NCBI GenBank assembly: GCA_977030845.1
Contig: OZ365116.1
Coordinates: 15,624,001-15,688,000, forward strand
Source: Fimbriosthenelais zetlandica
Taxonomy: Eukaryota
Length of the DNA: 64,000 bases
Reading direction: 5' to 3'
A program made the translations under genes and the position numbers. The notes beneath the pieces were generated by a model, which did no database searches, was not told where the DNA came from, and saw only the letters and a program-made list of their open reading frames with translations. Positions within the stretch are counted from its first letter, which is position 1; each line of letters begins with the position of its first letter. This document shows, piece after piece, positions 1-22,502 of this stretch.

Positions 1-3000
1 GGCGTGTGAAAGCCTTCAAAATGTGCTTATTTCCGCCTGATGTGCCTGTTTGATTGCATCCTCTCCTCTCCCCCGCCTTCTCCTCTCACTGGTGTCCACT
101 GTATATGGGTAAACGAGGCGTTTCCTCCAGCGTCCTGCAGGCGCCGACCCCGGGTCTCCTACCACCAGACACTCTACTCCTCCTCCTCCACGGTCTCCCT
201 CCACTGGACGAGGATTTATTAAATTCCCTCAAAGACCTGGAGCTACAGAGGATGGGGGATATATGGGTGATAATGAGAGTGTTTGCCCGTGGATCTGGGT
301 TACATAAAGTAGGCAGAGTGAGGGAGATATGGAAGGCGCGAGGCGCGTGGGTCGCCAGCCATTTATTGACTTTCTCAATTTACCCTTACCGTGTGCGCAG
401 GCTCCAATGACACGACTCAATTTTCTGCAAGGTCTCTTTTAATAAACTGACGGAAATTAATTTGGTGTGAATTGCGTGTGTGTTTAGTCGTCATTGGATG
501 CATCTTGCCTACGCCCGCCAGTTTCCGCGCGCGTGAATTTCCGCGCGACCGGTGGCGGTAAGCCGGCGAGGCGGGACGGAGCGTGGAGGAGGCGAGATGA
601 TCTTATACCATCTATACAGGGCTCCACCAACACTCATCAACCGTGGACTTTATATATTAACCAAAGGAAAACATATACTTCCCCAAAGAAATATTTGCAT
701 CCATCTGCATGTGGAACCTGCACGACCAGCCATTTTTTTCTGACTATATATATTAAAGCAAATGGTTATCTTTGCGGGATTTTGAGTTTGTATTAAACAA
801 CGGTTGATTGAGCAGATTAATAAAGAGCCGTTTATCAAGCAGTGGAGGTGAGAAGCACCTGTTATGAATAATCCTGGTGGTAAACAGAAGCGGATGAGAT
901 AAGCTGCTGTACTACTCATAATCTCACCATGCCACGACCGCCCACCTGCCCAGCGCCCACTGCCTCACCTGGACTCTGCTTCATGACAGAAAAAATAATC
1001 TTGTCCACAAATTCAATATGATTTGACATGGGTGTTGCAATGTACTGTAGATGCACAGAAATATCCAGCATAAAACATTGTTACTTTCAACTAAACTTTC
1101 ATGAAACAACAGGAGATATACAGATCAAGAAATTCAGTCTTTTCTTTACAATCCATGCACCTTATGTTCCTTGTCAGCCTCAGCAGACTCTGGATAGAGC
1201 CTGGCCAGTGGATTTTCATTGGTGTATTAATTATAAAAACGTTGAGCGAGCACTCATTGGGATCGCCTTACCCGTCCACAAGTCCCACACTTGACAAGGG
1301 CACTTGACAATACAGATTGAACCCTCATTGAGGCGGTGGGTTATGGAGGCAAGTGGACCAAGCTCCCATGCCTTGACTGATAGGCTGGGGGAGGAGGAGG
1401 AGTAAGAACATGTGAGAGAATAGAGAGAATGAGGGGATGAAGGGAGGGGGAGCAAAATGCAAACAATATAACACAAAGTGTGCATCGACTGAGGAATCAA
1501 AGCCCCAGAGACTGGAAAACAAAGCAGGCTTTTTCAAAAGCTTGCCCGGCACATCATTGAGGGGATAGGACTGGGATGATATCATCCAATAGTTGAAGCA
1601 CATTTCATAATGTTATTGATCCATTTCTCTTTTGGCGGATATAAATCCTCCGAAAATGGTTCTAGTTTTCCTATCTCTATAGGGATTATAAACTGAATGC
1701 AAAATAATCTTTTAAAAATGTCGATTGATATCCATAAAACCATCCATTAATTAAGATATTTGCAATTATAATTTTCCGTTAGATCAGCCACTTAAAATAA
1801 TTGGTCTAATCTTATTTTTTCGGTAAATCAGCAGGAGATTTAATAAGAAAATATATTTGCTTCTCACACCCACACGCATCATATACTGGGAATAATAATG
1901 ATATGACACTGGTACATTGACATTACGTGATGTAAACCTAATAATCTACTCTCTGTCTATAGGACCAAGTCTTATAAAAGAATCCCACGCATGCGACCCA
2001 CACTGAAACCACAATAATTGGTGAAGAGAAAGAAGAATGACTAGGATTTATAATGAACTTAGGAGGCCTCCAACACAATGTGCCTTATTTGTACTGATGG
2101 GAAACCAGGGGTGGGGATTGGGGGGTGAGCTGGTAGGGGGGTAGGGGGCAGGCTGAGCTCGGGGGTGAAGAATCTAGGGTGGGAAAACACTGCCTTTATC
2201 CGGCCTCACTAAAGCGAACAATGCCAAAATGTTTTAATTATTTACCAAAATCATTTCTTGTAGCATTAGTTTTCCCATGAGCTATCCACTGAGAATTCTT
2301 CTTGGGTGGGCTTCCCAGGCTTGCAGGAAGGTAGAGGTATATCTAGTTTAAGTGGATGAGGCCCTTATACTGGCAATATCCATTCTCCTCCTCAGCCCTC
2401 TGCTCCTACACACAAAATGGTTGGCATGGTGGAAGCAAAACCAGTTGACAATCAGCTTGTTTTTGTCGGTTAGCTCCATCTACTGTTCAAACAGTGAGCA
2501 CATGCCGACAAACCCGCTCTAGCAATTAGCAGCAGGACGCTTGTTTACTGCCAAGCAATCTGGGAATTTTCTTCAATACATGCAAGTGTACACAGAAACG
2601 CCGAGGCTTCTTCTTAAACAGACAATAATCTATCTCCCCCTCTACTCCATAACTATAGAGGACTGGTATTAATGTTAAGTGCTAGCATGATTAAGAGCCT
2701 TGGGTGGAAGGACCCACTGGCTTAATCAAGATAATAAATCGGAATTAAACCATAACCCTTTTTATTAATGGCAATGCATTAATTAGCTCTAGGAAATGGT
2801 CGCGAAATTATCCTCTAGCTTATAAATGGAGTCGATTATTTAGATGCATATCAACTTCTCACAAAATATGTGATTAATTGGTGAATAAATGTAGGAGCGT
2901 GTGGGGAATGTAAGAGGTTTCTATACTCGACTGAGGAAATGTGTGTTTGATAAGGATAATTGGGATACAAATTACTATTCACACTCCCGGAGATTGACAG

Positions 3001-3538
3001 ATGCCATGTACACTTAAGATTGGAGGCTGATAAAAACAGGAATAGCTCGGTCTGTAACAATATACTGATTGTACTGGGCCTTAACAGACATGTTTGCTTG
3101 TATTTCTTATCTTTGGTTCAACAAAGGTGCGTTTTCGATCATGGCACACGTGCATGACCAAATATAAAGTATTTCAATGTGATTATGAACTAGTAGCTCA
3201 AGGATCTTTGAAGAATTCCATTTTAGCAAACGGTTTTCAAACAAAAGGAGTTTGTCTTCAAAGGATGTTGTTGACGAATTCTATTGTCATCCTCATCTTA
3301 GTTATAGATTGTCACAGTAACAAGCCTTGTCTTTTGAATTTTAATATTTAAAATCATAGACAAATAATTCAGATATATAGGGTGAGGTCATTCTTGTGTA
3401 CCAACTGATAACATATGCAATAATTTGGCAGCAATCTTGAATGCAATCTCAAAGATGCTCCATGAATCCAATCAGTATCATGTATAATAAACCTATGTGT
3501 TAACTGTTTCTGACGCTGAGACCATTTGAATTTTGCAG

Positions 3539-15977
<12,439 letters not shown>

Positions 15978-16869
15978 TCTAGTGCTCGATTATTATATCA
16001 TTATATTAATATTAAATATTAATGTATTATCAAATGGATAATCACAGTCATGACGTCACATTCATCATCAACTGTATGACACCCCGAGGGGAACATGAAG
16101 ATATGTATATAATTGTAATGGCAATTAGAATAAGGAATTGTTATTTGAAATTTGTAGAGAGCAAATATATACATAAGAAAGGTTGATCAGTGTGGAAGGT
16201 AATAGAGAGCAAAACTTGCCACTGAGTTAGACTGAAATACAATTAATAGACTGAACAAAAATACCCCAAAACTATGGAGACATTCTTGATCATGAATAGC
16301 TAGAGCATATCTTAATTCTCAAGGGTTTTATTTTTAAAAATAGCTGACACAAAAAGAAAAAAATACTAAAGTTATAATATGGGAATATTTCCATATTAGA
16401 CTCTTCGTTGGGTACCAATGCATTATTTATAAAAACTCAAAATGAACCAGAGCATTTCTCAATGAGAACGCTGCATGAAACTGATAAATGAGTTCCAGCT
16501 TCAAGGTATTGACCGTATGTTCATTGTACAATAATAACATAGTACCGATTGGTGCTTATTGTGAAAGGAAATGTGAGTTTATAGACAGGTAAACCTCGAC
16601 TTATTCAGGCCCTTCTCTGTCTGGTTCGTCCGTTTAAGGAATATTAAAGGAATGTTTCACAATTGAAAAATGTACGGACTTTTAGCATGAATTGTACCAA
16701 TAGAATATATGTACAAAGATTGTGGAGAAGGAGATGAGGAAGGTAGGAAAGGAGAAATAAAGTATAGTGAGAGAAGGACCTGATGCTAGGGTTGCTGTCA
16801 TAGTCTGTTTGGGATGCCAGTCTAGTGTGTTATTGTCTCTGTGGTGATTGATCGCGACCATCTTTTTGA

Positions 16870-17006
16870 AATAAATTCATGTTTTCATCGTGTGTACATG
16901 CCCGACTTATTTCTTCATTTCTAATATTCTTAAAATGAATGAGTTAACAGAGCCTTAGTTAACTGGTTTGCGCATTATCAGTACAAGTGCACATTATCAA
17001 AATAAA
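16870..17006 (+). terminator. Candidate sim polyadenylation signals (AATAAA at 16870 and 17001)
   Basis: Two AATAAA hexamers about 0.9-1.0 kb after the sim stop and before the next gene's promoter motifs; which one is used is unknown. Confidence 0.45.
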
Positions 17007-17299
17007 AATGAACAAATTCTACAAGATATTTAAAAGAAACTTATGGGTAAAATGAAGACACTGCTGCGATCTACTATCAATGGCAGAAACTAACATGAGC
17101 AATGAAGTAAAACCTTGATTTTAAGATAGGGGGAGACACTTGCAAACCCTGGAAGAATAGTGGAACGACAGCTGATCAGTCCACTAAAGGCCTCTCTCCA
17201 CCAAGGACCACTCATCTCCTCAAATTACAATGAGGATCCGGTAATAAAATATATTGATTAAATTCAATTACAATTACAAGGTAACTGTCTACTTCAGAT

Positions 17300-17359
17300 C
17301 CAATCACAATTAGTGAGGTGTCAAACAATTAGCTTGCGTAATTGCTCCCACTATAAATA
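17300..17359 (+). promoter_or_regulatory. CCAAT box (17300-17304) and TATA box (TATAAATA, 17352-17359) of the CAP-like gene
   Basis: Canonical order and ~50-nt spacing, upstream of an exon ending in a strong donor (AAG|gtaagt at 17601). Confidence 0.5.
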
Positions 17360-17384
17360 ATGTCTCCTTGGTAGGGAATGGTAG

Positions 17385-17601
17385 GTGTAAGAAAAGGGTG
17401 GAGATATCAGCCCCTGGAGGTCTCAGCTGGGTCATCTTCTCTACCCTGGAGAAGGAGCTTCATAAAAGACAAAGTATTGAGACCAGAGAAAGCATTTATC
17501 TAGGAGCAAGATAAGGAGCATGGCCCCAGGAGCGGTCTGTATTTCATTCCATATTTATATTCAACATGTAGACTTACATCACCCTGATTATATTCTAAAA
17601 G
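17385..17601 (+). other. Probable 5'UTR exon of the CAP-like gene (start approximate)
   Basis: Donor AAG|gtaagt; 52-nt intron to acceptor cttttcag|ATG at 17654. Confidence 0.55.
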
Positions 17602-17653
17602 GTAAGTATCTGGCTTAGAAATACAATGTAATTTTTGAAATCAATCTTTTCAG

Positions 17654-17776
17654 ATGATGTATCTAAGCTTGTTGGTAACTGCTACATATTGGTGTGGAGT
17701 GTATGGAGGGCGCTCAGTACCAGTGGAGACTGAATATATAGCAGAAGATATTTTCCATACCATCAATCCGAACATC
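17654..17776 (+). CDS. CAP-like gene first coding exon (signal peptide)
   Basis: MMYLSLLVTATYWCGVYGGRSVPVETEYIAEDIFHTINPNI|gtaaat; phase 0. Confidence 0.8.
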
Positions 17777-20700
17777 GTAAATATACTTTATCTACATAGA
17801 GAATTATACTCACAGATAAGATAAATCAAATCTTTTGGATTGAAATCATACAAAGGCAAATGGTCAATTTCCATTTACTTCAAATTTCATATAAGATTAC
17901 AGACCATAATTTGGTGTCAGTCATTGTGATTCAGTGTTAATTCTTGTCACATTTTCAGCGTTGGGACGTGACTAATTTCCTAGTCGACCTTTCTGGTCCC
18001 TATGCTGTGTGTGCAGTCTCTCAGATGAGACGCCGAGGCCAGGTGAGTGTTGAGCACCTCACTCCAGGCGGCGCTAACGTGACGGGCTTAGTAGACTACA
18101 CACAGGGAGGCGCCACTGACGCTAAAACACAGGAGGTTTATGCCAAGAAGATATTCACTGGCTGGAGTAGAGACTCTCCATTCAGGGACATAGTGAGTAT
18201 ATTGGTATACGGTTTAATAAGACACATGATGTATCTCTCACTAATCATTCATCTCCCATTCCTATAGACCACAGACTTGTATCCTTGCACCTCAAATTCC
18301 AAAGCCATTTGAGATAAACATTTGGAATGTAAATATAATATACATTAATTTGAATTTATATAAGAGGGCTAATGACAGACTAAACCCCCAGTCTGTGGGA
18401 TAACATATAACCTCCTAACATGTTCTGTAACGTAGATTATTCGGGCAAAGTTGTTTGGATGCAGTATTCAGCCAGGTTGCCATGGATACAGTGTGGTGGC
18501 ATGCCTGTTTGACACTGGGTGAGTGGACAATATTCCATCATACTGCCTGCTTTGCTCCCTAATTAACCCGCGACAAGGCAAGAAATGAATATATTTCCTG
18601 AAGCAAGTAGGCACAGGTTTAGTTGTCAGTGCTTATCTGCAGTTATCTAATTGTCGCCATGAAGAATGTATGGTAGTGCAATAGCGTGCCTGAGAGAATA
18701 AGCGCTCTTTATATACTACTTAGTCCTATATTATGATGAGACCAAGATTTAAATAGGACTGCATTGCTTTCATATAATTTTCAGGAAAAGATGAACGCAT
18801 TTAAACGGAAATATTTAAACTAAAAATGAATTAAGTCAATCTTCCCTCCCAGAGATGTTAAAATAGTTGAGAAGGAAAGTTGGATTGAAAATAGCCATTG
18901 TTTGTTGCTTGTCATAGGGGCTGTACAATGGGGACAAATATTTGCATGCCATTATCATGTGGGAGTGAATTCAGAATGCCATAGAATACGTTTGTATCTC
19001 TTTCATGTAAGCAGCAGCATGTTTGAATTCCCAGTGATAGAAATAGAAATGATGACGCAAATGGATTAAAAGCATCATAAATCGTTTTTAACAGAAATAA
19101 ATATTAAATTACAAAAGCCTTCTTCTAACAGATTAAACTTGGAGACTCATAAACTGAATCTGTTGGACATTAAAAAATATAAATTGCAGGAGGTATTGTG
19201 CCTTCCAAGGAAATTCTATTTGTTAATTGTCAGTTCTATTCCAGACTTTTAAGGAATCTGATTCCTATTCACCACACTCATGGCTGGGGGTAAGTTTTGA
19301 TTTATATAATTAGGTAATAATTCTACCTCGTCACAGCCATACTCTGCTTAGTGATTATTATAATTTTATAATATTGTCTCATACATGTCATAAATAGAAA
19401 TCTTACATTTCATCTTTCAGATTTGCCAAGCAGCCTCATATTGAAGACAAGGAAGAACCAAAAAGAGGTATGTATATGTCACATATCAAATTATATACAC
19501 TCAATGTCTTCAAATGTGCCCAAGTCTATAATGGGGAGTGGATGTAATGTATATACATGTTATTATAGGCGTCAGGACGGGTCGTATTCAGGCCTTCACC
19601 AAGGACCAGTACCGGCTGGTAGAGTCCATCTCCCACCATGTACGTTTCCATCTTTCAATTAATAAGCCATTAAAAAAGAGATTATTTTGACAAATTAAAC
19701 TTTGGTGGGGAAAGCATATATTATTTCGGATAGAGGGCCCTCAAGTGGAGATTGGAAAGCCATTTGGCTTAGCCAAATCAAGTTTTTTTTCAGTGTTTTA
19801 AATAAAAAATTCTCTCTTTTGTTGAATGTTCTTAGCGCTGGGACAGGTCCCACTTCCTGGAGAACCTGTCCGGACTGGAGACTTCCTGTCACATGATCAA
19901 TCAGGCTGACTGGCCTTTTGAACGTGCTAAACAGGAAGGTCGCACGAGGCACATGCGCATAGAAGGCGTGTTCGGTTCAGTGGAGAACACAGGAGACATT
20001 TGGAGTGCCCTGATACATATACTGCTAGGCTGGAGCATCCATTATGAACAAGTGAGCATGCGGCCATATTATGAACATAATCTCAGATATAAAATAATGA
20101 GATTATTCACTTTTTGTTTAATATAATCTTTCAGATGGTCATCACTGATCTTGGGTGTTCTCTCATCCCTGACTGCCCGGTAGATGAGAGGAAGTACGTG
20201 GTCCTAGCCTGCCTATACAGGTAACCATGGCAATATACTGCATGCTATAACTGATGGTGGTCAGGATCAACACGGCAGATACCAAGATAAACACACTTCT
20301 CTCACCCCCATCCAAGTCTGCCAAAGCATATATGAATACCATCCTCCAGCCACTCAATTATTTTTAGTGCTGCATTTTTATTGTATTGATGCTCTTTCTA
20401 TAACCATAACCCGCAAATTGGTTGGCCAGCATGTTGCCAAAACAGAGGATTAAAACATTTCAATCCAAATGAATGCTCTCATATCTATGGGACCATAATA
20501 ATTGGTCACTAAATACTGGCAGACATTTTCAGATCAACAGGTATGAAATTATTCTGATATCTGTGACATCTTTTTGCATAGCCCACATACACATGTATAG
20601 CCTGTATTTTGTCTGTTTTCAGCATTGGTTAATGAGCAGCTCAGAGCGGTTGAAGTTGAGCAGAGTATGAGTTGATATGGAGAGACAGTTATGACATATG

Positions 20701-21297
20701 TGGAGATTGAAGCACCCTGATGACAACATACATCATTGTTCACTGAAATGTGTGCTTACTGGGACTCTGTGACAGCACTTCACATTTCATTCCCCTCATT
20801 CTCATCTTATTGATATTGCTGCAGAATACTATGCAATGAGTTCAGTTTCAATTGCTGAACCACAAAATCCAAGTTTCGATATGTATACATGTATATGGAT
20901 TATAAATATATTCATTAGAATCTAGATGACATACTTGAGCTTAGAAGTGAATAAAATATAAAGTATTAATTCAAGTAATACATAGTTTGCCTGAATGAAT
21001 AGACTGTGAATAATTGAAAGCTGCAATTCAGTGTAGAACATTGACTTAGCTCACTATATTGATGAATTATAGGTCGGGGCATGAGGGGGAATATTAGAAT
21101 GACTGGTGGCAATATGCTCATGTCAGGTTCATTTCCATGTGAATCACACATGTCACAGTATCAATTGTCGCTGTAAAGTACCATTTGCTGTTCTGCAAGA
21201 CCTCGAGACAACTTCCCCATCGACCCCAAAGGAGTCCAAGACCAAATATGCGATTGGCACATTCAATAATTATTTTTTGGGAGTCTCTCAGAAATAA
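17654..21297 (+). CDS. Secreted protein with two tandem divergent CAP/SCP-like repeats (~342 aa); join(17654..17776,17959..18192,18436..18518,19421..19467,19569..19639,19836..20051,20135..20220,20533..20540,20623..20664,21179..21297)
   Basis: All exons have GT-AG boundaries and splice in frame (1029 nt). N-terminal signal peptide MMYLSLLVTATYWCGVYG. Both repeats share RWD..FL..LSG...C, GWS, GCS...C and VV(L)ACL(F/Y), with identical intron phases (0,0,2). The first seven exons are well supported; the last three are less certain. Confidence 0.82.
17959..18192 (+). CDS. CAP-like repeat 1 core exon
   Basis: attttcag|RWDVTNFLVDLSGPYAVC...FTGWSRDSPFRDI|gtgagt; only phase 0 is open. Confidence 0.85.
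18436..18518 (+). CDS. CAP-like repeat 1 C-terminal exon
   Basis: acgtag|IIRAKLFGCSIQPGCHGYSVVACLFDTG|gtgagt; phase 0 to 2. Confidence 0.85.
19421..19467 (+). CDS. CAP-like gene linker exon
   Basis: ctttcag|FAKQPHIEDKEEPKR|gtatgt; phase 2 to 1. Confidence 0.8.
19569..19639 (+). CDS. CAP-like repeat 2 N-terminal exon
   Basis: ttatag|GVRTGRIQAFTKDQYRLVESISHH|gtacgt; phase 1 to 0. Confidence 0.8.
19836..20051 (+). CDS. CAP-like repeat 2 core exon
   Basis: ttcttag|RWDRSHFLENLSGLETSC...LLGWSIHYEQ|gtgagc; phase 0 to 0. Confidence 0.87.
20135..20220 (+). CDS. CAP-like repeat 2 C-terminal exon
   Basis: ctttcag|MVITDLGCSLIPDCPVDERKYVVLACLY|gtaacc; phase 0 to 2. Confidence 0.87.
20533..20540 (+). 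CDS. Candidate 8-nt microexon of the CAP-like gene
   Basis: cattttcag|ATCAACAG|gtatga; phase 2 to 1, needed to keep exon 20623 open. Confidence 0.5.
20623..20664 (+). CDS. CAP-like gene exon (C-terminal tail)
   Basis: gtctgttttcag|ALVNEQLRAVEVEQ|gtatga; aligns with AFTKDQYRLVE of exon 19569. Confidence 0.65.
21179..21297 (+). CDS. Probable terminal coding exon of the CAP-like gene
   Basis: ctgtaaag| phase 1; IPFAVLQDLETTSPSTPKESKTKYAIGTFNNYFLGVSQK-TAA; the other two frames are also open for some distance, so this is ambiguous. Confidence 0.45.
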
Positions 21298-21895
21298 GGT
21301 CTCTCGGGAGATGAGGGCAAGTCTATACCAGATTTCCATTGGTGTCCCAATTCCAACAATGAAGGCAGTTCCAGCCAGAGCAGTCCCAGCAGGAATTGCA
21401 GCAGCTCTGCTGCAGATGCATGGACACACAGTAAACTACGATGGCCCAGAACGAGTTAGGCTCAATGGAAATGAATGGTAAAAGTGATCGGGAAATGCCC
21501 AGTATACACACAGCTGCTGATAAGACAAAACCCAGCAGCAGGAGGCAGATGGAGGGCGCATGAACAGCCGCTGCAGATGCTGCATAGCGGTGGTGGGTGG
21601 TGGTGGTGGGTGGTGGTGGCAATGGGCTCATTTCCATGTCACAGTGGAGAAAGGAATGGGCGATGAGATTCAGGGGACTAGTATTCATAATAATAATGTG
21701 ATGACAAGTTGTCCTGGCCAAGCAGCTTGTTACATATATGCAACAGATGGGAGGTGGTGGGTAGAACCCGTGCAGTCAGGTTAAGACATGATATATAGAC
21801 AGTGTAGAGTGAATGAAGGCAGCTGATTCTACGTCCATATTTTAGCCGGCCTGTCCTGCCCTCGCCTGCCCATTATTGATCTCATTCAGAGGGGA

Positions 21896-22310
21896 GGGGA
21901 AGGAGGAGGAGGAGGAGGAGGCGAGATCTGGACAGCTAAACACAAGCAGGAGGCGACAGCAGCAGCAGCAGCAGTATCAGCAGGAGGAGGAGGAGGAGGA
22001 GGAGGAAGGAGAGAGGAGGCAGGAGGAGGGTGTGAGAGGCTGTTAACATGGAGTAAGGTATACACTCACCCACCTCACACAGCTAACCAAAATGTATATA
22101 TATACTGATAGATAGTCTCACACACACTGATGTATAGATACATCCTCCTGGCTTATATCATGCTCCAGTAGCACACACAACTAGTGGATGTACACACCCA
22201 CACAGACCGGCTGTGGAGGAGGAAGAGGACTGGGAGGAGGAGGCGGCGGAGGAGGAGGAGAAAGAGGAAGAAGAGGGGAGGGGAAGGAGGAGATCGAGGA
22301 GTAGTGAAAA
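21896..22310 (+). repeat. (GGA)n/(GCA)n microsatellite-rich purine tracts, probable promoter/first-exon region of the WS/DGAT-like gene
   Basis: Visible GGA runs at ~21899-21921, ~21983-22030 and ~22215-22300, GCA run at ~21957-21974; donor GA|gtaagg at 22052. Confidence 0.7.
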
Positions 22311-22355
22311 TGATCTAGATTTGTGACAGCCCAGGCCTGTTGTTATTGTTGACAG

Positions 22356-22502
22356 GGTGATGTGTGGGTGAGGTGGATGGATCATGAAGTGAAGGAAGAC
22401 GATGTAGGAGAAGGAGGAGGAGGTGGAGGAAGATGGAAGGTTGATAGATCCGGGGATCCAACGTGGTGTGGAGGCAGACTACTATAGTCCCGCTATAACA
22501 AG
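22356..22502 (+). other. Probable 5'UTR exon of the WS/DGAT-like gene
   Basis: ttattgttgacag| ... AAG|gtgagt. If joined to 35801 it places an in-frame TAG upstream of ATG 35843. The ~13.3-kb intron link is inferred. Confidence 0.45.

Noticed and set aside
1-3538. Search for the sim bHLH exon, and short ORFs such as 54..410
   Set aside because: No MKEKSKNAA / LDKASIIRL coding sequence was found. The ORFs are low-complexity with no family motif, so the region is treated as intron.
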